A program made the translations under genes and the position numbers. From an uncultured Acidobacteriota bacterium (GTDB lineage: Bacteria; Actinomycetota; Acidimicrobiia; Spongiisociales; ZC4RG35), in the NCBI GenBank assembly GCA_963848695.1, contig CAWKEI010000018.1, positions 140,110-204,109 on the forward strand: DNA of 64,000 bases, given 5' to 3'. Below the pieces are notes generated by a model, which worked only from the letters and a program-made list of their open reading frames with translations, ran no database searches and was not told the origin of the DNA. How positions within the stretch are numbered: the stretch's first letter is position 1; each line of letters starts with the position of its first letter. Shown here in pieces: positions 51,320 to 61,337 of the stretch.

Positions 51320-52764
51320 GCTGGGAGGCGGTCATCGGGATCGAGGTGCATGTCGAGCTGGCGACGATCTCGAAGATGTTCTGCGGATGCGCCGTCGACT
51401 TCGGCGGGGAGCCCAACACCAGGGTCTGTCCCACCTGTCTCGGTCTCCCAGGTGCCCTCCCCGTCACCAACCGGGTGGCCATCGAGTCGATCATGGCAGT
51501 CGGGCTGGCACTCGGCTGCCAGGTGTCGGAGCGCTCGGTGTTCCACCGGAAGAATTACTTCTACGCCGACCTTCCCAAGAACTATCAGATCTCCCAATTC
51601 GACGTGCCCGTTTGCCACGACGGCTTTCTCGACCTCGAAGTCGAGGGTGTGACCCGGCGCATCGAGATCGAGCGCGCCCACATGGAGGAGGACACGGGCA
51701 AGTCGACCCATGTCGGCGTCGGCGGCCGCATCCACGCCGCGGAGGGCACCCTCCTCGACTTCAACCGCTCCGGGGTCCCTCTTGTCGAGATCGTGTCCCG
51801 GCCTGATCTTCGCAGCGCGGCCGAGTGCCGCGCGTACGCCCAGGAGCTCCGGTCGATCGTCGCCGAGCTCGGTGTGTCCGACGCGAAGCTCGAGGAAGGC
51901 TCGATCAGGTTCGACGCCAATGTGTCGGTGAGGCCGGCGGGCGCCGACGTGTACGGGACCAAGGTCGAGGTGAAGAACATGAACTCCTTCCGCTCGTTGG
52001 AGAGGGCGGTCGAATTCGAGATCGAACGGCAGAGCGCCCTGCTGGACTCGGGGGGGACGGTCATCCAGGAGACCCGGCACTGGGACGAGGAGTCGGGCGT
52101 CACCCATTCCATGCGGGTCAAGGAGGGATCTTCCGACTATCGCTATTTCACCGAGCCCGACTTGGTGCCCATGGTGATGACACCGGAATGGGTTGCCACC
52201 GTCAGAGATCGACTGCCCGAGCTGCCTGCCGATCGCCGTGCCCGCTACCTGAGCCAAGGGATCTCCGAGGGAACGGCCGGGATCCTCTCCTCACAAGACC
52301 CGACTCTTCGGGCGATCTTTCACGAGGCGGTGCTCTCCGGTGCTTCCCCCAAGTCGGCCGCCAACTGGATCACGGGCGAGGTGGTCGGATGGCTGCGCAA
52401 GGCTGCAATCGATCCGCGTGACGTCGACCTCGACGGGCCCGGTCTCGCCGAGCTGATCGAGATGGTGGAGGGCGGAGTGGTTTCCAGCTCGGCGGCAAAG
52501 GAGGTGCTGGACGGAGTCCTGTCCGGGGAGGGCCGCCCCCGCCAGGTGGCCGAGGGCCGCGATCTGCTCCAAGTCAGTGATACCGCCGCCCTGGAGGAGG
52601 CCGTGGCCGACGTGCTGTCCGCCAATCCTCGAGCGATCGATGAGTTCCGGAGTGGCGAGGAGAAGGTGTTGGGATTCCTGGTCGGGCAGGTCATGAAGGC
52701 CACCCAGGGCAAGGCGGACCCTCGTCTGGTGAACGAGATCCTCAGGGAGCGAATGTCGGGCTGA
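51316..52764 (+). CDS. gatB: Aspartyl/glutamyl-tRNA amidotransferase subunit B
   Basis: 482 aa. ATGA overlap with gatA. Canonical GatB N-terminus (WEAVIGIEVHVEL). Confidence 0.95.
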   Translation: MSWEAVIGIEVHVELATISKMFCGCAVDFGGEPNTRVCPTCLGLPGALPVTNRVAIESIMAVGLALGCQVSERSVFHRKNYFYADLPKNYQISQFDVPVCHDGFLDLEVEGVTRRIEIERAHMEEDTGKSTHVGVGGRIHAAEGTLLDFNRSGVPLVEIVSRPDLRSAAECRAYAQELRSIVAELGVSDAKLEEGSIRFDANVSVRPAGADVYGTKVEVKNMNSFRSLERAVEFEIERQSALLDSGGTVIQETRHWDEESGVTHSMRVKEGSSDYRYFTEPDLVPMVMTPEWVATVRDRLPELPADRRARYLSQGISEGTAGILSSQDPTLRAIFHEAVLSGASPKSAANWITGEVVGWLRKAAIDPRDVDLDGPGLAELIEMVEGGVVSSSAAKEVLDGVLSGEGRPRQVAEGRDLLQVSDTAALEEAVADVLSANPRAIDEFRSGEEKVLGFLVGQVMKATQGKADPRLVNEILRERMSG

Positions 52765-52791
52765 ATGGGGAGCGGTTAGCTTCAAGCCCAC

Positions 52792-54225
52792 ATGCAGCGG
52801 CACACCAAGATCATCGCCACCCTCGGGCCCGCCGTCGCCTCGGAAGCCGGCGTCCTGGGCCTGGTCGAAGCGGGCATCGATGTCGCCCGGCTCAACTTCT
52901 CGCACGGAGACCACGACTTCCATCGCGCGCTTGCCGAGTGGGTCCGATCGGCGACCAAGCAGACGGGACGGACCGTGGCGCTGATGCAGGACATCCAGGG
53001 GCCGAAATTGCGCGTCGGCGAGTTCGCCGATGGGAAGGTCAGCCTGCAGCCCGGCCAGCGGGTCACCCTCGTCCCCGAGGGGACGATGGGAAGCGAGACC
53101 GTCATCCCGGTCGGATACGAGCCCCTGCTCCAGGACGTCGTGCCCGGGGACAGGGTGCAGCTGGCCGACGGGCTGATCCGGTGCGAAGTCGTGGACCGGA
53201 CAGACGGAGGCCTGGTCGCCGACGTGCGGGTCGGTGGGATCCTCTCCGACCACAAAGGTGTCGCCTTCCCCGATAGCAAGCTGACCTTGGAGATCATCAC
53301 CCACAAGGACGAAGCGGACCTCGCTTTCGGTCGCGAGCTGGGCGTCGACTACGTCGCGGCGTCGTTCGTTCGGAGTGGCGACGACGTGCGAAGCGTCGGT
53401 GAGCTGGCCGGTGATGCGCCGATCGTCGCCAAGGTCGAGCTCGCCCAGGCCTATGAGAACCTCGACGACATCATCGGGCCGTCGTCCGCGGTGATGGTGG
53501 CGCGCGGTGATCTCGGTGTGCAGCTCCCGTTGGAGCGGATCCCGCTCATCCAGGACGAGATCCTCAAAAAGACGAACGCGGCCGGGCGCATCTCCATAAC
53601 CGCGACCGAGATGCTCGAATCGATGACCAAGAGCCCCAGGCCAACGAGGGCAGAGGTGACCGATGTGGCCCATGCGGTGATGGCGGGCACCGATGCTGTG
53701 ATGCTGTCGGGCGAGACGGCCGTCGGGGATTACCCCGTCCAGGCGGTGAGCGCGATGGCCGCTATCTGCGTGGCCGTCGAGGAAGGCACCCTGTCGATGC
53801 GGGGTCACCACCCCATTCCCTTCGTGGGTGACGGCAACACACTTGCCTCGGCCGTCTCCCAGGCCGCAACCGAGATCGCGGTGAATCTCGAGGCACAGAC
53901 CATCGTTGCCTTCACCGAGTCGGGCAACACGGCCCGGCTCATCTCCAAGTACCGGCCGGAGGCGAGGATCGTCGCCTTCACCCCGAATGACTCGACTTTG
54001 CGCCAGATGGCGATGTACTGGGGAGTGAGCCCGCATCCGTTCGAGCGGCGCAGGTACACCGACGAGGAGCTGGCCTCGGCCGCCGACATCCTGGAGAAGG
54101 AGGGGGTGGTCAGCAAGGGCGACCGTGTCGTGATGGTGGCCGGGGTGCCCCCCAACCTCCGGGCCTCGACGAATCTGGTCAAAGTGCACGTGATCGGTGA
54201 GGCCTCGCGGGGCCTGCGGTCCTGA
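52792..54225 (+). CDS. pyk: Pyruvate kinase
   Basis: 477 aa. TKIIATLGP, MVARGDLGV and C-terminal allosteric domain. Confidence 0.95.
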   Translation: MQRHTKIIATLGPAVASEAGVLGLVEAGIDVARLNFSHGDHDFHRALAEWVRSATKQTGRTVALMQDIQGPKLRVGEFADGKVSLQPGQRVTLVPEGTMGSETVIPVGYEPLLQDVVPGDRVQLADGLIRCEVVDRTDGGLVADVRVGGILSDHKGVAFPDSKLTLEIITHKDEADLAFGRELGVDYVAASFVRSGDDVRSVGELAGDAPIVAKVELAQAYENLDDIIGPSSAVMVARGDLGVQLPLERIPLIQDEILKKTNAAGRISITATEMLESMTKSPRPTRAEVTDVAHAVMAGTDAVMLSGETAVGDYPVQAVSAMAAICVAVEEGTLSMRGHHPIPFVGDGNTLASAVSQAATEIAVNLEAQTIVAFTESGNTARLISKYRPEARIVAFTPNDSTLRQMAMYWGVSPHPFERRRYTDEELASAADILEKEGVVSKGDRVVMVAGVPPNLRASTNLVKVHVIGEASRGLRS

Positions 54226-54243
54226 AGTACGATCCCGACGCTC

Positions 54244-54537
54244 ATGGGTCAGGCCGTTGTCGTGAATCAGATGAAAGAGGCCGGCGACGTCCTGATCCTC
54301 GATACGGACCGCAGCTTCACCGGTCAGGACGGTATGGCCATGTCACCGAGCAGCCGGGGCACTGCCGTCCCGGGGATCCTCGCCGGAGAGCTCTTCGATC
54401 TGGATCTCGGCATCGACCACGTCTACGTGCTTCAGAACTCGGTCACGGTGAGACGCCCCGGAGGCTGGGACGAGGAGAGCAAGGTCGCGGTGACCTCGAC
54501 AGTCGAGGACTTCCTGCTGTTCTACCCCGGGCCTTGA
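54244..54537 (+). CDS. Hypothetical protein (97 aa)
   Basis: Compact ORF with typical codon usage and no recognisable family. Confidence 0.4.
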   Translation: MGQAVVVNQMKEAGDVLILDTDRSFTGQDGMAMSPSSRGTAVPGILAGELFDLDLGIDHVYVLQNSVTVRRPGGWDEESKVAVTSTVEDFLLFYPGP

Positions 54538-54541
54538 CCGG

Positions 54542-56515
54542 TCAGGGAGTCGCCGGCGGCGTAGTCGGGGGGGATGCCGGGACCGTGGTCGCGGGGGGCA
54601 CTGTGGTCGCCGGCACTGTGGTCGGGGGAAGCGTTGTCGGCGGCACCGTAGTGGTGGTTGGGCAGGCAGTGGTCGTCCCCGGGACCATGCACGGGTGCAC
54701 TTCGAACACGGCGAACCTCGGGGCGTAGCGAACGGTCCATTCCTGCTCGTCGACGACCTGGTTCTCGTCTCCCGCGAGCAGGATCCGACGGGTAACCGTC
54801 ACGCTCCAGCCACCTTGCTCCGTCTGGGTCTGATCCTGCTGGTTGACACCGAACTCCGGGTTCGGCTCGTACCGGGGAGGTGGGGGATCGGTTTGGGCGA
54901 AACGGTCGGAGACCATGCCCTTGACGTGGAGCGCTGTGGGGCCGCCCTCGGCGTCGACCCATGCCCGGCTCTGGCCGTCGGACTGCTCTCCCTTGAGAGT
55001 CCGGCCATCGTTCTCGCCGAAGATCCTGACCGTGATGGAAGTATCGGTGTAGGTGGTGTCGATGAGGATCCCGTTATCCGTGTTGTTGCGAAATTTGAGG
55101 TCGGGGCTTCGCCAGTTGAGAGTTGCCTCGACTCCCTCGGGGTAGCGGGAGAAGTAATAGGAGTGTGGCTTGTGCTCGACGTCCTCATAGCCACCCCAGA
55201 ACACCGCGTTGTAGAGAGTCGTTGTGAATTGGCTCACCCCGCCGCCAACCGTGTCCTCCACCTCTCCGGCAATGATCGTCCCCGCGGGGAGATAGCCCTT
55301 CTCCACCGTGCGCTCACCGACATGATCATTCAGCGAGAAGGTCTGGCCAGGAGAGACGATCGTCCCGTCGACTGCCTCGGCGATGGTATGGATGTTGACC
55401 ACCCGGTCCTGGCAGCAGTCGTGGTAGGTGGTGAACTGGGCCACCAGGTGATTGATATTGAGGCTCTCCAGATACTCGGTCGTCACCTCTGGCTCCGCCG
55501 CCTCGACCAGCGGAAGCTCGCCCTGACGGTTCGCGGTCTCGGCGGCGTCGGCGAGCCGAATTGCCGTCTCCTCGGCATCGATCCTGGTCCCGCTGGCGCC
55601 GGGGATGATCGAGATGGCATCACCGGAGATCTCGAAAGTCGCATTCACGGGCTCGGCCTCGACTTCACCGCGGATCGAGTTGAGGTAGCCGTCGATGATC
55701 GCTGGGTCGAACGAGTTGAGGATTTGGGGATCGCTCTCGGTCACCGTCTCCGATCGGAACGCCTCGGTCAGTTGGTCGACGGTGAACACCGCTTCGACGT
55801 CCTCATGGTCCAGCTGGATCGGTTCGACCAGCATGGCCTCCGCCTCAACGACCGCGCGATCGACGTCTTCATTGGTGAGCACGGGCACGATGGTCGTTGT
55901 CGGGATCGACGTGCGCTCTGGCTCCAAGGCGAGAAGGCTGGCCTCGACGATGGCGCGGGCGGCGGGCCGATCGACACCGGTGCCCACCATCGGGTACACG
56001 GGCGTTGGGCGCCCATCGGTCAACACCACTCCTCCCGGAGAGGGTGGCAAGGCGATCACCTCGGCGTCCCAGGTGTCGAAGACCTCTTCGATGGCGACGT
56101 CGTCGATCGAGCCGCGGACGGGGACCTGGACAGTGGCGAAAATGTGGCTGATCCACCAGCCGAACTGCGAGAAGACGTTCCCGGTCCGGCCGACCATCAT
56201 CGCTTCATCTGCGATGGCCTGCTCGTTGATCTCCAGCCCGGCCTCCGAGGGTTGCATGCTCACGAACTTCCCCTCGATGTTGAACACGGCGGGCCGCCCC
56301 AGATACTCCTCCTCGACGGCGAGCAGAGCACTTAGAGCCTGCTCCTCGTCGAGACCCCCGATCGCGGTGCCGGCTACCTCGACCCGTCCCATCACCTCGC
56401 CGCGTGAGGCGAGCCTGGTGAGGCCATAGGCGACGAGCAGCAGCAAGAGAAGACAGGCGACACCCACAACGAGCGCGCCAAGCGGAGTGCGGATTGAGGA
56501 GAGTTGCTTTTTCAT
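54542..56515 (-). CDS. VanW family protein with N-terminal TM anchor and C-terminal Thr/Pro-rich repeat tail
   Basis: 657 aa. VanW domain region (TTYHDCCQDRVVNIHTIAEAVDGTIVSPGQTFSLNDHVGERT...). C-terminal TTTVPPTTLPPTTVPATTVPPATTVPASPPTTPPATP is encoded by imperfect ~12-nt tandem repeats at 54560-54680. Confidence 0.8.
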   Translation of the reverse strand: MKKQLSSIRTPLGALVVGVACLLLLLLVAYGLTRLASRGEVMGRVEVAGTAIGGLDEEQALSALLAVEEEYLGRPAVFNIEGKFVSMQPSEAGLEINEQAIADEAMMVGRTGNVFSQFGWWISHIFATVQVPVRGSIDDVAIEEVFDTWDAEVIALPPSPGGVVLTDGRPTPVYPMVGTGVDRPAARAIVEASLLALEPERTSIPTTTIVPVLTNEDVDRAVVEAEAMLVEPIQLDHEDVEAVFTVDQLTEAFRSETVTESDPQILNSFDPAIIDGYLNSIRGEVEAEPVNATFEISGDAISIIPGASGTRIDAEETAIRLADAAETANRQGELPLVEAAEPEVTTEYLESLNINHLVAQFTTYHDCCQDRVVNIHTIAEAVDGTIVSPGQTFSLNDHVGERTVEKGYLPAGTIIAGEVEDTVGGGVSQFTTTLYNAVFWGGYEDVEHKPHSYYFSRYPEGVEATLNWRSPDLKFRNNTDNGILIDTTYTDTSITVRIFGENDGRTLKGEQSDGQSRAWVDAEGGPTALHVKGMVSDRFAQTDPPPPRYEPNPEFGVNQQDQTQTEQGGWSVTVTRRILLAGDENQVVDEQEWTVRYAPRFAVFEVHPCMVPGTTTACPTTTTVPPTTLPPTTVPATTVPPATTVPASPPTTPPATP

Positions 56516-56616
56516 GGAAAGGCCGCCCCAAAACGACCTTGTGCCCGGCGGGCGATGGTAATGAGCGGCAGGTCCTTATCCGAAAGTGACACACCCTCGG
56601 TCTACGCTCGGTCGGA

Positions 56617-57393
56617 GTGACGATCCGATTCCCCGAAATGGTCCCTGGGGACGCCATCAGGGTCTCGGCCTCGACCTATGTGACCTATAAGAAATGCCCG
56701 GCGCAGGCGGCGGCGCGTCTTCAGGGGATCTATGGCCCGGACAGCCGCCCGTCCTTCGTCGGGATCCTGGCTCACCGGGTCTTCAGCCGCCACCTGACGT
56801 CCGGGCCAATCCCATCCGAGGACTTCGTGCAGGCATGCCGCGAGGAGATCGGAGGATCAGCCCTCAACAACAAGCTCGGCGGGCTCGAGCTGAGGCCGTC
56901 GTCGTTGGCCGGTGTGATCGAAGAGGTCCGGGAGCTGTACGAGCGTTTCGTGAAGCTGCCCAAGGAGGGGTTCGAAGGGTCCGAGCACACCATCGAGACC
57001 AGCGTCGCCGAGGGAGTCGATCTGGTGGGAACCGTCGACGCCGTCTATCGCGAGGATCTCGGGGGATTCCGGCTCGTCGACTGGAAGACCGGCGAGCTCG
57101 CGGATCCCGAGGACCAGCTGCTCTTCTATGCACTCCTCTGGGTCGTCGAGCGAGGAGAGTTACCCGCCTATGTGGAAGCCGTATCGGTGCGGACGGGGGA
57201 GCGGTATCACACCGTCCCCTCCACCGCCGACGTCGGAAGGGTTGCTGGCGAGGTCGGGGAATTGGTGGATGCGGTTCGCACCGCATGGGTCACCCAGGGC
57301 GAGCTCTCCCGGAGAGCCGGTCCGTGGTGCCGGCACTGCCCGCTTCTCGAGGATTGCGACGAAGGAAGGACGGCCGGGGCACTGCTCGGTTGA
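56617..57393 (+). CDS. PD-(D/E)XK nuclease family protein with Cas4/RecB-like Cys cluster
   Basis: GTG start. Nuclease core TVDAVYRED...FRLVDWKTGE (D-EVK-like). Cys at YKKCPAQ and C-terminal CRHCPLLEDC as in Cas4/AddB Fe-S nucleases. Confidence 0.6.
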   Translation: MTIRFPEMVPGDAIRVSASTYVTYKKCPAQAAARLQGIYGPDSRPSFVGILAHRVFSRHLTSGPIPSEDFVQACREEIGGSALNNKLGGLELRPSSLAGVIEEVRELYERFVKLPKEGFEGSEHTIETSVAEGVDLVGTVDAVYREDLGGFRLVDWKTGELADPEDQLLFYALLWVVERGELPAYVEAVSVRTGERYHTVPSTADVGRVAGEVGELVDAVRTAWVTQGELSRRAGPWCRHCPLLEDCDEGRTAGALLG

Positions 57394-57521
57394 GCAACGC
57401 CCCGGCCCTGCAACCACTCAGCAGCAACGGATTCCGTCGCCACCACAGCAGTCGCCACTGTCATCGAGAAGGATCATCACAACTCCCTTCTTATCGATGA
57501 CCTTCGATACATTGATACTGA

Positions 57522-57533
57522 TCGATATATCGA
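57522..57533. promoter_or_regulatory. Perfect 12-bp palindrome TCGATATATCGA (candidate ArsR operator) within AT-rich promoter
   Basis: Lies 18 nt upstream of the arsR ATG. Additional TCGATA/ATCGAT half-sites at ~57493 and ~57505. Confidence 0.5.
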
Positions 57534-57550
57534 CTAATGTCAATACGACG

Positions 57551-57880
57551 ATGGAATGCTGCGAACCTCTCTTCAATGGGGTGCTCGAGCTCGAAGGAGC
57601 CACCCGAACAGCCTCACTCCTCGCCGCACTCGCCGATCCGGTCCGTCTCCGGATCGTCTCGATGCTGGCGGCCGCCCCCGGAGGAACGGCCTGTGGCTGC
57701 GAGCTCGAGGATCCACTTGGGCTGGCTCAAGCGACGGTGTCTCACCATCTGGGCATCTTGCGTGAGGCCGGGCTCGTGGTCGGGGAGCGACGGGGCCGGT
57801 GGGTGCACTATCGCGTGGTCCCGGAGCGCCTCAGCGAGATCATCGATGCCTTGAGCCCGGCGGTCCTCGAGTCGGTTTAA
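57551..57880 (+). CDS. ArsR/SmtB family metalloregulatory transcriptional repressor
   Basis: About 109 aa. wHTH (LRIVSMLAAAPGGTACGCELEDPLGLAQATVSHHLGILREAGLV) with a CGC alpha3 metal(loid) site and an N-terminal MECCEP Cys pair. Confidence 0.85.
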   Translation: MECCEPLFNGVLELEGATRTASLLAALADPVRLRIVSMLAAAPGGTACGCELEDPLGLAQATVSHHLGILREAGLVVGERRGRWVHYRVVPERLSEIIDALSPAVLESV

Positions 57881-57881
57881 C

Positions 57882-58433
57882 TCACTCCTCCAGCATCTCG
57901 CGAAGCCGGGTGACCGTGTTCCAGTTGCGGGCGGTGCCGACCACACCGAGGACCTTCTCGAAATAGGCCAGACCGAGCTTGGATCGTCCCGACCCGGCCG
58001 GCCCGTAGTGGACGTATATCTCCCGACCCGACAACGAGAACTCGTCCTCGGGCGAGCGCCCCGGGTCGAGAGCCGCGATCCGGTCGGTCGACGGGGCAGC
58101 TTCGAGGAAGATCACATGGACCATTTTCGGATCGACCCCGCCATCAGGGAACGGCTTGGTGGCGACGATGTCGGCCATCTCCTCACGGGTGCGGACGATC
58201 ACACGGACGGTCAAGCCCATGCCGTCTCGTATCGCTTTCTCCACCATCTCGCCGACCCGAGTGGGGCCGCCTGCCGCCGGGGTGACGACCACATTCCCAC
58301 TCTGGAGATGTGTCCTGGCCTCGGCCAGGCCCTCCCTCGCCAACAACTCCTTCAACTCGGCCATCGGCACCCGAACTCCGCCGACATTGACGCCGCGCAG
58401 CAACACAACCACCGGCCGCGCGCCCTCAGGCAT
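57882..58433 (-). CDS. DUF1697 domain protein
   Basis: MPEGARPVVVLLRGVNVGGVRVPMAELKELL matches the DUF1697 N-terminus. Convergent with arsR. Confidence 0.6.
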   Translation of the reverse strand: MPEGARPVVVLLRGVNVGGVRVPMAELKELLAREGLAEARTHLQSGNVVVTPAAGGPTRVGEMVEKAIRDGMGLTVRVIVRTREEMADIVATKPFPDGGVDPKMVHVIFLEAAPSTDRIAALDPGRSPEDEFSLSGREIYVHYGPAGSGRSKLGLAYFEKVLGVVGTARNWNTVTRLREMLEE

Positions 58434-59305
58434 CGAGATCTGACTGGTAGTGCACGGCACCTGGCCCGCGCGGGGAGCGGATCCCCCGATGCTCCCAGTC
58501 GCCCCCGAGGGCCGTCGAGACCACTTCCTCCGACTCGCTGGGTTGGGCGCCCACGTCGGTCCTGATCGGATACGGCCCCTCGACGATGATGTTGGTCAGT
58601 TCACCCAGGCCTTCGACGGCGACCGTCACGACGTCGCCGGGCTCCACTGGCCTCGACCCGGCCGGGGTGCCCGAGAGGATCACGTCCCCGGGAAGCAGGG
58701 TGATAGTCCGGGCGAGGTCGGCGACGAGATAGGCCATATCCCATTCCATCTCGTCGGTTCTGCCTTCCTGGCGGACCTCTCCGTTCACGGATGTCGAGAT
58801 TCGCTTGTCCCTGAAGTCCCAATCGGTGACGAGCCCGGGGCCGATCGGGCACAAGGTGTCCGATCCCTTGACCCTGAGCATCGACCCCGCGTCGGTGTCG
58901 CGAAAGTCGTGGAGGCCGAAGTCGTTGGCGATGGTGTAGCCGGCTATTCGCTCCTCGGCTTCGGATGGTGAGACGTCCCGACACCTCTCCCCGATGACAA
59001 TGGCGATCTCTCCTTCATAGTTGAGGAACCTGCAGCCTGTGGGCCGCTCCACGGCCCCACCGTGGGAATTGAGAGCGGTCGTGGGTTTGTGGAAATAGGT
59101 GGGGGCCGGTGGCAGCTTCGTCATGAACTCCTCGACCCGGCTCCGGTAGTTGAGATGGACGGCGAGGATCTTGCTCGGCTCCACCGGAGGAAGATGGACC
59201 GCCTGCTCGGCTCGGATCCGCCGGCCATCCCCCGCCACCAGGTCCCCGCCCTCCCTCGTGACGCTGGTCGCCAACCCGTCGAGGAGGATCCTTCGGTAGT
59301 CGGCC
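58426..59305 (-). CDS. Fumarylacetoacetate hydrolase (FAH) family protein (2-keto-4-pentenoate hydratase/OHED hydratase-like)
   Basis: FAH fold motifs (NYEGEIAIVIG, GTPAG, metal-binding E/D). Start taken at MADYRRILLDG. Confidence 0.8.
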
Positions 59306-59341
59306 ATCGCCGCACACGGTACAGAGTGGCCGGCTGCGATC

Positions 59342-60613
59342 ATGGTGGCGATGTCCCCGAGCACGCTCACCTCGGACCCCGCCGAGACCCACGCCGACCT
59401 CAGCTCGCACGACACCTTTTTGCGAGGCGTGCCCCACGCCACCTTTGCCCGGATGCGGGCGGAGGAGCCGGTCGCCTGGGTCGAGGAGAGCGACGGCCAA
59501 GGATTCTGGGCTTTGACCAGGCACGCCGACATCTCGGCGGTCAGCCGCGATTACGGGCGCTTCACGGCGTCGAGGGGAATCAGGATCGAGCAGATGGCTC
59601 CAGACGAGCTGGAGGCGCGACGCACGATGATGGAGTTCGACCCGCCGGACCACGCCCGTTTGCGCCGACTGGTCCAGCCGGGATTCACTCCGAAGGTCGT
59701 GGCCACCTACGAGAGCGCCTTCCGGACCTTGGCCGGCCACGTCCTCGACCGGGTCCTGCCTCTGGGTGAGTTCGACTTCGTCACCGAGATCGCCCGGGAG
59801 CTGCCGATCAGGCTGCTCTGCCGGCTGCTCGGCGTGCCGGAGTCAGACGCCGGACGCCTGGTCGCATGGGGCGATCAGATGATCTCCAACGCGGACCCGG
59901 AATACACCCCGGTGGTGATCGACAAAATGGACAGCGACGAGTACCGGCTTCTCCCGTTCCGCTCGCCGGCCGCGCTGGAGGTCTTTCGCTATGCCGAGGA
60001 AATGGCCCGGGAGCGGCGCAATCAGCCCGCCGACGACATCATCACTGCCCTGCTCACTGCCGAGCCTGACGGCCAGCCCCTCACCGACCTCGAGTTCAAG
60101 AACTTCTTCACCCTGATGATGGTTGCCGGCAACGAGACGACCCGTCACACGATCAGTCACGGCTTGATCGATCTCGTCGAGCACCCCGCCCAGATGGATG
60201 AGCTCCGGCGGGACCGCACCCTTTCCGCATCGGCCACCGAGGAGATCCTCCGGGTGTCTTCGGTGACCATGCACTTCAGACGCACGGCCACTGAAGAGGT
60301 GGAGATGCGGGGGAGGATCATTCGGCCTGGGGATCGAGTCGTGATGTGGTACCCATCGGCCAACCGCGATGAGGAAGTCTTCGATCAGCCGTTCCAATTC
60401 GACATCCGGCGAAACCCGAACGACCACCTGACCTTCGGGACCGGCCGCCACGTGTGCCTGGGCGCATCTCTCGCCCGACTGGAGGTCCGGGTGGTGTTCG
60501 AGGAGCTGCTCGAGCGGATCGCCTCGTTCGAGCTCGTCGGCGCCCCCGACCGGCTCCGCTCCAACTTCATCAACGGGATCAAGCACCTTCCCGTGCGAGT
60601 GACGATGGCCTAG
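59342..60613 (+). CDS. Cytochrome P450
   Basis: 423 aa. AGNETT (I-helix), ExxR (EILR), heme-binding FGTGRHVCLG. Confidence 0.93.
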   Translation: MVAMSPSTLTSDPAETHADLSSHDTFLRGVPHATFARMRAEEPVAWVEESDGQGFWALTRHADISAVSRDYGRFTASRGIRIEQMAPDELEARRTMMEFDPPDHARLRRLVQPGFTPKVVATYESAFRTLAGHVLDRVLPLGEFDFVTEIARELPIRLLCRLLGVPESDAGRLVAWGDQMISNADPEYTPVVIDKMDSDEYRLLPFRSPAALEVFRYAEEMARERRNQPADDIITALLTAEPDGQPLTDLEFKNFFTLMMVAGNETTRHTISHGLIDLVEHPAQMDELRRDRTLSASATEEILRVSSVTMHFRRTATEEVEMRGRIIRPGDRVVMWYPSANRDEEVFDQPFQFDIRRNPNDHLTFGTGRHVCLGASLARLEVRVVFEELLERIASFELVGAPDRLRSNFINGIKHLPVRVTMA

Positions 60614-60614
60614 C

Positions 60615-61337
60615 TCAGACGTGAGTGAGGAGGAGCCCGATCGCCAGGGTGACAGTGGTCCAGGTGAGGAGGCGTAGGGGTTTCTCCCAGGTCGCGAGGA
60701 GGGTCTGGCGATCCCAGCTCCGGTCGCCGTCGAAGCTGGTGTCGGCTTCCACCGTCTTTCGCCTCACGAATCGGGCAGGCGTGCTCAGCGCCCGCTGCGC
60801 CAGGCTGAGCAAGCAGGCCATCGCCCCCATCACGATGATCGGCAGGGTGAGTGTCTCGGTCTGGGCCCAAAACCCCACCAGCAACGGGAAGGCCCCCCAG
60901 GCCAGGCCAAAGCCCAGGTCGGTGTGGAGGAAAGGCCATTCGAGGGCGTAGCCGACGGCGAGGACGATCCCGACGATTGCCCACGCCACGACCCAAGGCG
61001 ACACGACGATTGCCCCCACCAGGGCGATCCCCATCGAGATCACCATCGCGCCGATCCCGAGCGCCCACAGGGCGCCATCCGGGAGCCGGGTCCCCAGCGG
61101 TCGGCTCTTCACCTCGTCCAGGGCGTGGGCTCCGATCCCCAGACCGACGGCGAACGCGGTCAGCGTGCCCCCCAGGATCATCCAATCCAGCTCCGCGGCG
61201 AGCGCGGCCCCGATCGGGACGTAGGAGAGATGCCAGAGCGTGTAGGGAACGTGGAGCAAAGACACCACATCGCCAGTCAGCGAGCCGGTGGGCGCATAGA
61301 AGGCGGGGCGCTGGTCGCTCAGGGTTTGTGCCCCCAC
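60615..61337 (-). CDS. Hypothetical integral membrane protein (about 7 TM)
   Basis: 240 aa, highly hydrophobic. No family recognised by eye. Confidence 0.5.
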   Translation of the reverse strand: MGAQTLSDQRPAFYAPTGSLTGDVVSLLHVPYTLWHLSYVPIGAALAAELDWMILGGTLTAFAVGLGIGAHALDEVKSRPLGTRLPDGALWALGIGAMVISMGIALVGAIVVSPWVVAWAIVGIVLAVGYALEWPFLHTDLGFGLAWGAFPLLVGFWAQTETLTLPIIVMGAMACLLSLAQRALSTPARFVRRKTVEADTSFDGDRSWDRQTLLATWEKPLRLLTWTTVTLAIGLLLTHV

